Source of the DNA: an uncultured Ruminococcus sp.
GTDB lineage: Bacteria > Bacillota > Clostridia > Oscillospirales > CAG-272
Assembly: GCA_902778725.1 (NCBI GenBank)
Contig: CACYYS010000014.1
Location: 418 to 64,417 of the forward strand
DNA length: 64,000 nt
Direction of reading: 5' to 3'
In this document: piece after piece, positions 47,027-56,529 of the stretch
How the letters are laid out: each line of letters opens with the position of its first letter
How positions within the stretch are numbered: position 1 is the stretch's first letter
The notes under the pieces: model-generated
Told to the model about the DNA's origin: nothing
The model's database searches: none
Seen by the model: only the letters and a program-made list of their open reading frames with translations
Made by a program: the position numbers and the translations under genes

Positions 47027-49298
47027 AGACAAAAGAATACAGAACGCGGAGGGCTCCGTCCCCCCCGCGGCGGAGACGGAGGTACCGGAGCAGGAGGATC
47101 TTTCCGGGATCGCCGTCCTGCTCGATATGCTCCGGCAGAGCGGGAAGAAATACAATTTTGAGAAGATCGAGCGCGCCTACGTCTACGCGCGCGACCTGCA
47201 CGAGGGACAGTTCCGGCAGAGCGGGGAGCCCTATATCACCCACCCCGTTTCCGTCGCCGAGATCCTGGCGGGGCTCGGACTGGACTCCGACTCTATCTGT
47301 GCCGCCCTCCTCCACGACACGGTCGAGGACTGCGAGGGAAAGACCGACCTTGACGCGATCACCAAGCTCTTCGGACCGGAGGTCGCGCTGCTGGTCGACG
47401 GCGTGACCAAGATCGTCGCGATCGATATCGAGGACAAAGAGGAAGCGCATATCGAAAACATCCGCAAGATGCTCCTCGCGATGTCGAAGGATATCCGCGT
47501 GATCTTCATCAAGCTCTGCGACCGGCTGCACAATATGCGCACCCTGCAGGCAAAGGCGGAGAGCAAGCGCCGCTCGGTCGCGCTTGAGACGATGTACGTC
47601 TACGCTCCGCTCGCGCACCGGCTCGGTATGCAGCGCATCAAGCAGGAGCTGGAGGATCTCAGCCTCCGGTATCTCGACCCCATCGGCTACGGGGAGGTCG
47701 AGCGCGCGATTAAGCAGAAGTACGGCAAGAGCGTCGGCTTCATCGAGACGGCGCGCGCCCAGATCGAGCAGAAGCTGGCGGAAAACAAGATGCCCTTCAC
47801 GCTGGAGATGCGGATCAAATCGGTGTACAGCCTCTACAACAAGATGTACACGCAGAACAAGACCTTCGACCAGATCTACGACTTTTACGCGCTGCGCATC
47901 ATCGTGGAGACGGAGCTGGAGTGCTACACCGCGCTCGGCTTGATCCACGAGATGTTCAGCTCGGTCCCCGGCCGTTTCAAGGACTATATCTCCACGCCGA
48001 AGCCGAACAACTACCGCTCCCTGCATACCACGGTCATCGGCAAGGGCGGCATCCCGTTCGAGGTGCAGATCCGCACCTACGAGATGCATCATATCGCGGA
48101 ATACGGTATCGCGGCGCACTGGAAGTATAAATCCGGGGAGAGATCGAGCGACGACCTGACGCAGAAGCTCAGCTGGGTCGCCAAGCTCCTGGAAACGGAG
48201 AGCAGCACCACCGACCCCGACGAGTTCATGCACGCGCTCAAGACCGATATTTTCAACGACGAGACCTTCGTCTTCACGCCGCGCGGGGACGTCGTCGCCC
48301 TTCCGCTCGGCTCCACCGTCATCGACTTCGCCTACTCCATCCACTCGGAGGTGGGCAACAAGATGATCGGCGCCAAGATCAACAACGTCATCGTCCCGAT
48401 CGACCGCGTCCTGCAGAACGGGGAGATCGTGGAGATCCTGACCTCCGCCGCCTCCAAGGGACCGAGCCGCGACTGGCTCAAGATCGTCAAAACGAGCGAG
48501 GCGCAGAACAAGATCCGTCAGTTCTTCAAAAAAGAGCGGCGCGCGGAGAACATCCTCGTCGGCCGTTCCGAAGTGGAGCGGGAGCTGAAGCGCTCCGGCA
48601 GGGCATACAGCGAGGAGCAGCTCGCCGAGATCGTGACCAACGTCGCCCGCAAGATGGGGATCCAGGAGGCGGACGACCTCTACAACACCATCGGCTACGG
48701 CGGTTTGTCCGCCGCCAAGATCGCAACGAGACTGCGGGACGAGTTCGACCGCGTCGTCGCGCCGGAGCCGCAGGTGATCACCGAGGCGGAGCAGGTCAAG
48801 ACCACCCAGCCGAAGAATATCAAGAGCAGCGGCGGCATCGTTGTGGACGGGCAGCACGATTGCCTCGTCAAATTCGCAAAATGCTGCAACCCCCTGCCCG
48901 GCGACGCCGTGGTCGGCTTTGTGACGAGGGGCTACGGCATCTCGATCCACAAGGCGGACTGCCCCAACTTCACCGCCAGCGTCGCCCGCGCGGAGAACGC
49001 CGACCGGTGGGTGGAGGCCCATTGGGAGCGGGAGGAGAGCGCCGCCGGCTCTTCGGGCGTCTACGAGGCGATGATCCAGATCCGCGCGGAGAATACGCTT
49101 ACCCTGCTCGCCGACATCACGACGGCGCTGGCGGAGATGCGCGTCGCCCTGATGCAGATCAACACCGGGCAGCGGACCGAGGCGTCCATCGTCGTCAACC
49201 TTACCGTCGCCTGCAAGGACGTCAACCACTATCATTCCATCGTTTCCCGTCTGCGCTCGATCCGGGGCGTGATCCACGTCAGCCGGGGCTTTGCGTAA
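47010..49298 (+). CDS. relA: Bifunctional (p)ppGpp synthetase/hydrolase Rel
   Basis: SGEPYITHP, LLHDTVED, DRLHNMRT, FKDYI, YRSLHTT, EVQIRT, plus TGS and ACT domains. Confidence 0.97.
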   Translation: MAETDKDKRIQNAEGSVPPAAETEVPEQEDLSGIAVLLDMLRQSGKKYNFEKIERAYVYARDLHEGQFRQSGEPYITHPVSVAEILAGLGLDSDSICAALLHDTVEDCEGKTDLDAITKLFGPEVALLVDGVTKIVAIDIEDKEEAHIENIRKMLLAMSKDIRVIFIKLCDRLHNMRTLQAKAESKRRSVALETMYVYAPLAHRLGMQRIKQELEDLSLRYLDPIGYGEVERAIKQKYGKSVGFIETARAQIEQKLAENKMPFTLEMRIKSVYSLYNKMYTQNKTFDQIYDFYALRIIVETELECYTALGLIHEMFSSVPGRFKDYISTPKPNNYRSLHTTVIGKGGIPFEVQIRTYEMHHIAEYGIAAHWKYKSGERSSDDLTQKLSWVAKLLETESSTTDPDEFMHALKTDIFNDETFVFTPRGDVVALPLGSTVIDFAYSIHSEVGNKMIGAKINNVIVPIDRVLQNGEIVEILTSAASKGPSRDWLKIVKTSEAQNKIRQFFKKERRAENILVGRSEVERELKRSGRAYSEEQLAEIVTNVARKMGIQEADDLYNTIGYGGLSAAKIATRLRDEFDRVVAPEPQVITEAEQVKTTQPKNIKSSGGIVVDGQHDCLVKFAKCCNPLPGDAVVGFVTRGYGISIHKADCPNFTASVARAENADRWVEAHWEREESAAGSSGVYEAMIQIRAENTLTLLADITTALAEMRVALMQINTGQRTEASIVVNLTVACKDVNHYHSIVSRLRSIRGVIHVSRGFA

Positions 49299-49314
49299 GG
49301 AAAGGAGATTTGCC

Positions 49315-50847
49315 ATGAAGATCCGTGTCGGCGAGGGGATCAACCCCTATTACGCACAGACTCTCGCCATGCTCTTTTTCCCGGGAGCAAAGTTCCCGGA
49401 GGATCCGGCGGAGGACGACGGACAGGCGGAGCTCACCGCCTCCCTTGAGGAGACGGAGGAGGGCTATCTCGCGCACGCCGCGCTGCGCGCGGGGGAGAAG
49501 ACCGCGCAGGCGGACGGGCGGTATCTCTTTTCCGAGGGGATCCCCGTCTCCCGCGGCAAAAAGCTCGCCCTCGGGCGGGCGGTCTTCGCCGCCGGGAAGG
49601 AGCTTTTCGGGATCCAGCCGCCGTGGGGGATCCTTACCGGCGTCCGCCCCGCCAAGGTCGCGATGGAATGCCTCGCGTCCGGCTCCGGGATCATGAAGAC
49701 GCGCGCTTTCCTGCGCAGCGAGTATTTCCTCAGTCTGAAAAAGGCGACCCTCTGCACCGGCGTCGCCGCCGCGGAGCTGAAGCTCAAGCGCTCTCTCACG
49801 CCGGATATGTGCAGCGTGTATATCTCCATCCCTTTCTGTCCCTCCCGCTGCGCGTACTGCTCCTTCGTTTCCTACACCACGCCGCGCCTGCTCTCCCTGA
49901 TCGACGACTATCTTGATCTTCTCCTCCTTGAGATCCGGTCGGTGTTCCGCCATATCGAAAATCAGGGGAAGAAGGTCGCGAGCATCTACATCGGCGGAGG
50001 CACGCCCACGATCCTCTCCGAGGAGCAGCTCAAAAAGCTCCTCACCGAGATCGGCCGCTGCACCGACGTTTCCTCCCTCCTCGAGTTCACGCTGGAGGCG
50101 GGCCGGCCCGATACCATCAATCCGGAAAAACTGAAGATCGCCCGCGCCTGCGGCGTGACGCGCATCAGCGTCAATCCCCAGAGCATGTCGGACGTCGTTT
50201 TGGAGACGATCGGCCGGCGCCATACCGTCGCGGACTTTTTGCGCGCGTACAATATCGCGGTCAAGAGCGGCATCGGGACGATCAACGTCGACCTGATCGC
50301 CGGACTGCCGGGGGACAATTTCACCCGTTTTTCCCGCTCGCTCGACCGGGTGGCGGAGCTCGCGCCGCAGAACGTGACGGTGCATAGCTTCTGCGTCAAA
50401 AAATCCTCGGATTTTCTGCGCGAGAGCACCGAGATCTACCGCCGGGGCGGCGGCGACGCCGTGAAGTGCGTGGATTACTCCCAGCTCAAGCTCCGCAACA
50501 CGGGCTATAAGCCATACTATCTCTACCGGCAGAAGAACACCGTCGGCAATCTGGAAAACGTCGGGTTCGCGAAGGAAGGGAAGGAAGGGATCTACAACGT
50601 CGTGATGATGGAGGAGTACCACTCCGTCTACGGCGCCGGAGCGGGCGCCGTGACCCGCCTCGTCCGCTGGGGCGAGGACGAGGGCCGCGCCGAAAAGATC
50701 AAACGCATAATCAACCCCAAATATCCATACGAATATCTGCGGGGAGACTTTTCCGAGCGGGCGCTGCTCGCCCGCCTGGAGGAGGGGGAGCGGGCCGTCG
50801 CCCTGCCCGGCGGGGAGGAGCTTGCCCCCGACCCGCAGGACGCCTGA
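49315..50847 (+). CDS. hemZ: HemZ radical SAM protein
   Basis: PWGILTGVRP.K, IPFCPSRCAYCSF, EAGRPDTI, PYYLYRQKN. Confidence 0.93.
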   Translation: MKIRVGEGINPYYAQTLAMLFFPGAKFPEDPAEDDGQAELTASLEETEEGYLAHAALRAGEKTAQADGRYLFSEGIPVSRGKKLALGRAVFAAGKELFGIQPPWGILTGVRPAKVAMECLASGSGIMKTRAFLRSEYFLSLKKATLCTGVAAAELKLKRSLTPDMCSVYISIPFCPSRCAYCSFVSYTTPRLLSLIDDYLDLLLLEIRSVFRHIENQGKKVASIYIGGGTPTILSEEQLKKLLTEIGRCTDVSSLLEFTLEAGRPDTINPEKLKIARACGVTRISVNPQSMSDVVLETIGRRHTVADFLRAYNIAVKSGIGTINVDLIAGLPGDNFTRFSRSLDRVAELAPQNVTVHSFCVKKSSDFLRESTEIYRRGGGDAVKCVDYSQLKLRNTGYKPYYLYRQKNTVGNLENVGFAKEGKEGIYNVVMMEEYHSVYGAGAGAVTRLVRWGEDEGRAEKIKRIINPKYPYEYLRGDFSERALLARLEEGERAVALPGGEELAPDPQDA

Positions 50848-50880
50848 CCCGCCGCGACTGAAAAGAAAAGAGGATGATCC

Positions 50881-52560
50881 ATGCCGGAACTGCAGAACAA
50901 CGCTGCCGCTGAAAAAGGCCGCAGCCTCGTCGTCTCCAGCGTTCTCGTCTATACGCTGGCCAATATCCTGACCAAAGTCATCGGCGTCTTTTTCAAGATC
51001 CCGATGCTCTCCCTGCTGGGCAATACCGGCATGGGATATTTCAACACCGCCTATCAGGTCTACGTCTGGTTTTATATGATCTCAACGGCGGGGCTGCCCG
51101 TCGCCGTTTCCACTCTGGTGGCGGAGAGCCGCGCCAAGGGGCGCTTCCGCCAGGTGCGCAAGATCTATTTCATCGCGCTGCGTCTCTTTTTCGTGATCGG
51201 GCTTGTCGGCGCGCTTCTGATGTTTGCGCTCTCCGGTCCGCTTGCCGATAAGGTGATCGAGCGTCCCGCCGCCCGATTCTCCATTATCGCGCTCGCGCCG
51301 ACGCTCTTCTTCGTCTGCCTTTCCAGCGCCTTCCGCGGCTATTTCCAGGGTTTCCGCTATATGGTGCCCACCGGGATCTCGGAGGTGATCGAGGCGCTCG
51401 GTAAGCTCCTGCTCGGTATTTTGTTCGCCCAACTCGCGATCTCCGCGGGCAAGCCGATCGAGGTGGTCGCCGCCTGCGCCGTCCTCGGCGTGACGGTCGG
51501 CGTGATCCTCGGCTTCTTCTATCTCTGGCTCACCAAGCTTTCCTTCTCTCCCGCCCGTTACGACGTGGAGTACCGCGCCATCTACGGCAGGGGCGTCCCC
51601 GACTGCGCCGGGACAAAGCCCATCATCGGCCGTCTCCTGCGGGTCGCGGTCCCGATCACCCTTTCCTCCTCCGCGATGAGCCTTTCGGGGATGATCGATA
51701 CGATGGTCCTCAACTCCGGTCTGACGCGCGCGGGGTTCGATCCGGATACTGCCTTCGATATGTACGGAGCCTACAGCACCCAGATCACCTCGCTCTTCAA
51801 TCTTCCCCCCGTCCTGATCTACCCTGTCGCTTATATGATCGTTCCGCTTGTGGCGGAGTGCGTCGCGCGCCGGGAGCGGAAGCGGATGCGCGGGATCCTC
51901 ACCTCCGCCTTCAAGATGACGGCGATCATCGCCCTCCCCTGCGCGCTCGGGATGGCGGCGATCCCGCGGTATATCCTCAACACGGTCTATAACCACGGCG
52001 ACGCGGACGACCTCGCACCGCTGCTCTCGATCATCGCGGTCGCGGTCTTCTTTGTCGGGATCCTCGCCACGACCAACAGTACCCTCCAGGGGGCGCGCAA
52101 GGAGCGCTATCCCATCATCTCCATGCTTGCGGGCGCCGGCGTCAAGCTGGTCTCGAGCTGGATCCTCGTCGGGATCCCCGCGGTCAACATCTACGGAGCG
52201 CCGATCAGCACCCTGCTCTGCTATATCACGGCCGCCTCCCTCAATCTCTGGTTCGTCTTCACCAAGGTCGGCTATTTCCCCTCGGTCACCCGCGTGTTCC
52301 TCCGGCCCTTTGTCGCGGCGGCGGCGGCGGGCGGCTCCGCCTTTGCCGTCTCCCGCCTCGCGGAAAAGGCGCTCTTCTCCTCTCAGGCGGTCGGCCGCGG
52401 GCAGAATCTCCTGATCACCCTCCTCGCCGTCCTTGTCGCCGTCCCGGTCTACGGGATCATCCTGTTTAAGGCAAAGGGGGTCACGGAGGAGGATCTCACC
52501 CTGCTCCCGAAGAGCAAAAAGATCGTCGGATTTCTGAAAAAGATCCGCCTTCTCGGGTAA
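50881..52560 (+). CDS. SpoVB/YabM-family MOP flippase (polysaccharide biosynthesis protein)
   Basis: KIP...LLG..GMGYF..AY, STAGLPVAVS, FRGYFQG; about 14 TM segments; synteny with yabOPQ. Confidence 0.88.
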   Translation: MPELQNNAAAEKGRSLVVSSVLVYTLANILTKVIGVFFKIPMLSLLGNTGMGYFNTAYQVYVWFYMISTAGLPVAVSTLVAESRAKGRFRQVRKIYFIALRLFFVIGLVGALLMFALSGPLADKVIERPAARFSIIALAPTLFFVCLSSAFRGYFQGFRYMVPTGISEVIEALGKLLLGILFAQLAISAGKPIEVVAACAVLGVTVGVILGFFYLWLTKLSFSPARYDVEYRAIYGRGVPDCAGTKPIIGRLLRVAVPITLSSSAMSLSGMIDTMVLNSGLTRAGFDPDTAFDMYGAYSTQITSLFNLPPVLIYPVAYMIVPLVAECVARRERKRMRGILTSAFKMTAIIALPCALGMAAIPRYILNTVYNHGDADDLAPLLSIIAVAVFFVGILATTNSTLQGARKERYPIISMLAGAGVKLVSSWILVGIPAVNIYGAPISTLLCYITAASLNLWFVFTKVGYFPSVTRVFLRPFVAAAAAGGSAFAVSRLAEKALFSSQAVGRGQNLLITLLAVLVAVPVYGIILFKAKGVTEEDLTLLPKSKKIVGFLKKIRLLG

Positions 52561-52638
52561 AGACGCGCAAAACGCCCGGGATTTACGGAAAAAAACGGAA
52601 AAAAACCGCCTCCCGGGCAAGAAAAATCAAAAATACTC

Positions 52639-52667
52639 TTGATAAATCCCTGGATAGATGGTATAAT
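52639..52667 (+). promoter_or_regulatory. SigA promoter of hup
   Basis: TTGATA-N17-TATAAT with an extended -10 TG. Confidence 0.7.
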
Positions 52668-52724
52668 GATACCAAAGGAAGGGTTTTCCTTCTTTAATAA
52701 ATAAATGAAAGGTGAGAAAATACG

Positions 52725-52997
52725 ATGAACAAGACCGAATTTATCGAAGCCGTCGCAAAGAAAGGCGAGTTCTCCAAAAAGGATGCCGAGAAGGCCGTCA
52801 ACGCGTTTATCGACGCGATCAAGGACGCCCTGAAGAAGAAACAGAAAGTCCAGCTTGTCAACTTCGGTACCTTTGAAGTGAAGACCCGCGCCGCCAGAGT
52901 CGGCCGCAACCCGCAGACCAAAGAGACCATCAAGATCCCGAAGACCAAGTATCCGTCCTTCTCCGCCGGCAAGGGCTTCAAGGACGCCGTCAAATAA
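52725..52997 (+). CDS. hup: DNA-binding protein HU
   Basis: MNKTEFI, VQLVNFGTFEV..RAARVGRNPQT. Confidence 0.97.
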   Translation: MNKTEFIEAVAKKGEFSKKDAEKAVNAFIDAIKDALKKKQKVQLVNFGTFEVKTRAARVGRNPQTKETIKIPKTKYPSFSAGKGFKDAVK

Positions 52998-53022
52998 ACA
53001 ACGGAGCGTATAAAGCGCAAGG

Positions 53023-53055
53023 GCCGCTCCCGCTTCGGCGGGAGCGGCTGTTTTT
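53023..53055 (+). terminator. Intrinsic terminator after hup
   Basis: gccgctcccgc-ttcg-gcgggagcggc-tgttttt. Confidence 0.8.
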
Positions 53056-53061
53056 ACAGCG

Positions 53062-53307
53062 ATGAGAATTGATAAATTTCTGAAAGTTTCGCGCCTGATC
53101 CGCCGCCGCACCGTGGCAAACGACGCCTGCGGCGCCGAGCGCATCACCGTCAACGGCAAGGCGGTCAAGCCCTCGTACGACGTAAAGCCCGGGGACGTGA
53201 TCGGCATCGCCTTCGGCGGCCGGACGGTCTCCGTCCGTGTGACCGAGATCAAGGACAGTACAAAAAAAGCGGACGCGGGCGCAATGTACGAGGTCGTCGA
53301 CCTCTGA
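53062..53307 (+). CDS. yabO: S4-domain RNA-binding protein YabO/RqcP
   Basis: MRIDKFLKVSRLIRRRTVA..AC, VNGK..KPS. Confidence 0.93.
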   Translation: MRIDKFLKVSRLIRRRTVANDACGAERITVNGKAVKPSYDVKPGDVIGIAFGGRTVSVRVTEIKDSTKKADAGAMYEVVDL

Positions 53308-53336
53308 GCATATCCGCCTCTCCCGGCGCATAAGGT
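53308..53336 (+). promoter_or_regulatory. Putative SigE-type sporulation promoter for yabPQ
   Basis: GCATAT-N15-CATAAGGT; yabP is SigE-dependent in Bacillus subtilis. Confidence 0.4.
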
Positions 53337-53365
53337 ATGGTAAACTTCTTTTGCCGGGAGATCTT

Positions 53366-53656
53366 ATGAACGAACAAAACGCCGCTCCGTCGGTCTCGCA
53401 GGACGTTACCCTCCGCCAGAGGAGGGAGCTGGAGATCACGGGCGTTTCCGACGTGATCGGCTTTGATGAAAATTCCGTTACCCTCCGCACCGCTCTCGGG
53501 CGGCTCGACGTGGAGGGAGAAGGGCTTTCCGTCGTGGGGCTCTCCTCCGAGTCCGGCAGGGTCCGGATCGTCGGCTCCGTCTCCGGACTCTGGTACTCCG
53601 ACGAAAGGGAGAAAAGGGAGAGCCGCTTCCGCTCCTTCTTCGGGCGCAAGGGCTGA
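53366..53656 (+). CDS. yabP: Sporulation protein YabP
   Basis: R.ELEITGVSDV.GFDE..V.L.T.LG.L.V.GEGL; synteny. Confidence 0.88.
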   Translation: MNEQNAAPSVSQDVTLRQRRELEITGVSDVIGFDENSVTLRTALGRLDVEGEGLSVVGLSSESGRVRIVGSVSGLWYSDEREKRESRFRSFFGRKG

Positions 53657-53659
53657 GAG

Positions 53660-54301
53660 ATGGAGGTCTGGCTTTCCGATCAGCTCCGCCTCTTTGCCGC
53701 CTCTTTGCTCGGCGGCGCCGTCCTTTCCCTTTTTTACGATCTCCTCCGGCTGACCCGCCTTCTCTGCGGCGAGGGGCCGCGATCCCGCCGGGTGCCGGAG
53801 CTTTCCTCGCTCGCCCTTCCCCTGCTTCCGCCTTCCCGTCCCCCAAAAAAGCGCAAGGCGTCCGCCTTTTTCCGCGCCGCTCTCCTTTTTGCGGAGGATC
53901 TCCTTTTTTGCGCCGTGAGCGCCGCGCTGCTGCTTATCCTTTTTTACAACTTCAGCCGCGGACGCGTCCGGCTGCTGGCGATTTTTTGCGCCGCGCTCGG
54001 CTTTTCCCTCTGCCACGCCACGCTCGGACGGGCGGTCCTCCTTTTGTTCGAGGCGCTCTGGCTCGGGATCCGCGTTGCGCTCCGCTATCTTCTCTTTTTC
54101 CTGCTTTTTCCTTTCCGGCGCCTGGTCCTTCCCCTTTGTGCGCGCTTCGCCGCTCTTTTTGCCGCCCTTGCCCGCGCGGCGGGGGATCTCTCCTTCCTTT
54201 GGCGGGCAAAGCGGTTTGACCGCGGGGAGCAGACCCGTCTCCTTGCCGGACCGCGCCGCTTTTTTACGGATTATCTCAACGATCACGGAGGTCAAATATG
54301 A
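53660..54301 (+). CDS. yabQ: Spore cortex protein YabQ
   Basis: Q...F..SLLGG......YDLLR, EDLLF, N.SRGRVR; synteny. Confidence 0.8.
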   Translation: MEVWLSDQLRLFAASLLGGAVLSLFYDLLRLTRLLCGEGPRSRRVPELSSLALPLLPPSRPPKKRKASAFFRAALLFAEDLLFCAVSAALLLILFYNFSRGRVRLLAIFCAALGFSLCHATLGRAVLLLFEALWLGIRVALRYLLFFLLFPFRRLVLPLCARFAALFAALARAAGDLSFLWRAKRFDRGEQTRLLAGPRRFFTDYLNDHGGQI

Positions 54302-54591
54302 AAGAAGTAACGCCCGCGCGGGGCAGCAGCCTGCTTGTGAAGGTCCTTGCCGTTTTTTTCGTTGTGGTCGCCGTGTTTTCCATTTTCCGGATGCAGCTCC
54401 GTAAAAACGAACTCCTCGCGGAAAAGGAGCGGCTGGAGGAACAGTATCAGAAAAACGCGCGCACCATCGCCGCGCTCAAAAAGGATCTGGAAGCGGAGAT
54501 GGACGACGAGCAGATCAAAAAGATCGCCCGGGAAAAACTCAATCTCTGTATGCCGGACGAGATCATCTTCTACAACGATCTGACCGAGTGA
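54298..54591 (+). CDS. divIC: Septum formation initiator DivIC/FtsB
   Basis: TM plus coiled coil, IKKIAREKLNL.MPDEIIF. Confidence 0.88.
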   Translation: MKEVTPARGSSLLVKVLAVFFVVVAVFSIFRMQLRKNELLAEKERLEEQYQKNARTIAALKKDLEAEMDDEQIKKIAREKLNLCMPDEIIFYNDLTE

Positions 54592-54655
54592 GGGCGCGCC
54601 TCGCCGTGATAAAATCCGCGCCGGCAGGACCGGCGCGTTTCTTTTTCGAGGACGT

Positions 54656-55501
54656 ATGAAACACCTTTCTTTTTCCCTTGTGCGGGATACCGTGGCCCGG
54701 CTCTTTCGCGAGGCGTGCTACACGCCGGGGCGCGAAGTGGACGAGGCGCTCGCCCGCGCCGAGAGCAGCGAGAGCTGCGCGCGCTGCCGTCTGGCTCTCT
54801 TCTCTTTGCGGGAGAACCTTTCCGCCGCGCGGGAGCTGAACGTCCCCGTCTGTCAGGATACCGGGATGGCTGTCGTCTTCTGCGAGATGGGCGATCAGGT
54901 CGTGATCGACGGAGGCAGCCTCCGGGAGGCGGTCGACGCGGGCGCGGCGCAGGGATATACCGAGGGGGGGATGCGGCTCTCGGTCGTTTCCGACCCGCTC
55001 TACGACCGCAGGAATACCGGCACCAACGCCCCGGCGATCCTGCATCTTTCCTCCGTCCCGGGGGACGGGCTGCGCATCGTCGCGGCGCCGAAGGGCTTCG
55101 GCAGTGAGAACAAAAGCGCGCTCCGGATGCTGACGCCCGCCGCGGGGGAGGAGGAGGTCGTCTCCTTCGTCCTCGAGACGGTCCGGCGCGCCGGGCCGGA
55201 TCCCTGTCCTCCGATCATGGTCGGGGTCGGGATCGGCGGGGATTTTGAGTATTGCGCCTACCTCGCCAAACGCGCCCTGATCCGCCCGATCGCGGACCGG
55301 CACCCCGATCCGCGCTACGCCGCGCTGGAGGAGCGCCTGCTCGCGGAGATCAATGCGCTCGGCATCGGCGCCGCGGGCTTCGGCGGGAGCGTGACGGCGC
55401 TCGCCGTCAAGGTGGAGGAGTATCCGACGCATATCGCCGGACTCCCCGTCGCCGTCAATATCAACTGCCACGCGATCCGCCACGCGGAGGCGACGCTCTG
55501 A
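54656..55501 (+). CDS. Fe-S hydro-lyase alpha subunit (fumarate hydratase/tartrate dehydratase)
   Basis: PVCQDTG, PKGFGSEN, PCPP..VGVGIGG, THIAGLPVAVNINCHA.RH. Confidence 0.92.
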   Translation: MKHLSFSLVRDTVARLFREACYTPGREVDEALARAESSESCARCRLALFSLRENLSAARELNVPVCQDTGMAVVFCEMGDQVVIDGGSLREAVDAGAAQGYTEGGMRLSVVSDPLYDRRNTGTNAPAILHLSSVPGDGLRIVAAPKGFGSENKSALRMLTPAAGEEEVVSFVLETVRRAGPDPCPPIMVGVGIGGDFEYCAYLAKRALIRPIADRHPDPRYAALEERLLAEINALGIGAAGFGGSVTALAVKVEEYPTHIAGLPVAVNINCHAIRHAEATL

Positions 55502-55506
55502 AAAAG

Positions 55507-55547
55507 AAAAAGCGGGGGACACAGGAGTCTGTGTCCCCCGCTTTTTT
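55507..55547. terminator. Bidirectional terminator between convergent operons
   Basis: aaaaagcgggggacacag-gagt-ctgtgtcccccgcttttt. Confidence 0.85.
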
Positions 55548-56523
55548 ACGGACGGCGTTTCCGGTGTTTGAGCTCCTCCCGGAGGGCGAGATAGCTTTCG
55601 TGGCGGGACGGGGCGATCGCGCCGTCCCGGACGGCGGCGAGGATCGCGCAGCCTTCCTCTTTGCTATGGGTGCATTTTGTGTAGCGGCAGCGGCCGAGAT
55701 ACGGCTCAAACTCGGGAAAGGAGAAGACGAGCTCCTCCGGCTCCATAAAGTCGAAACGGGCAAAGTCGAGCAGGCCGAAGCCGGGGGTGTCGGCAAGGAA
55801 GCAGTACCGGCCGCTCTCCCCGAGCGGGAGCCGGTGGAGGACCGCCTGGCGCGTGGTGTGGCGTCCGCGCCCGGTGCGTTCGCTGACCCGCCCGGTCGAG
55901 AGGGAGAGGGCGGGGAAGAGGAGATTGAGACAACTGGATTTTCCGACCCCGGAGGCGCCGGCAAAGGCGGCGCACCGGTCGGGCAGGAGGGAGACGAGCG
56001 CGGTGCGCAGCGCCTCCGTCCCCTCGCCCGTGCGGACGGAGATCGGGTAGACGGCGAGCCCCGCCGCGCGGTAGATCTCTGCGAGAGAGTCGCAGGCCGC
56101 GGGGGCGAGGTCGCGCTTGTTGAGGACGAGGATCGGCGTCACGCCGCGGACGAGCGCGGATGCGATCAGCTTGTCGAGCAGCAGGGGGGAGGGAGCGGGC
56201 TCGGCCGCCGCCACGGTGACGATCAGATAATCGAGGTTGGCGACGGGCGGGCGGATCAGCAGGCTTTTGCGCGGCAGGATCTTCTCCATCAAAAGGCCGC
56301 GTCCGTCCTCCGGCACGCCGTTTTCATCCAGCTCCGCCCGCAAAAGGACGAGATCCCCCGCGGTCGGGCTTTCCCCCTGATAGCGGAAGGCGCCGCGCGC
56401 CCGCAGAAAAAGGGGCGTTTGCCGGAGCGTTTCGGGAACGGGGTATCCCTCCGTCTCCTCCGGGAAAAAGGTGTAAAGCCCTCCCGTGCAGGAGAGGAGG
56501 CGCCCGGTCATCTTGGTTTCCAT
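55546..56523 (-). CDS. rsgA: Ribosome small-subunit GTPase RsgA/CpgA
   Basis: RPPVAN, NKRDL, GASGVGKSS, GRHTT, DTPG, C....C.H..EEGC. Confidence 0.95.
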   Translation of the reverse strand: METKMTGRLLSCTGGLYTFFPEETEGYPVPETLRQTPLFLRARGAFRYQGESPTAGDLVLLRAELDENGVPEDGRGLLMEKILPRKSLLIRPPVANLDYLIVTVAAAEPAPSPLLLDKLIASALVRGVTPILVLNKRDLAPAACDSLAEIYRAAGLAVYPISVRTGEGTEALRTALVSLLPDRCAAFAGASGVGKSSCLNLLFPALSLSTGRVSERTGRGRHTTRQAVLHRLPLGESGRYCFLADTPGFGLLDFARFDFMEPEELVFSFPEFEPYLGRCRYTKCTHSKEEGCAILAAVRDGAIAPSRHESYLALREELKHRKRRP

Positions 56524-56529
56524 CGGCGG

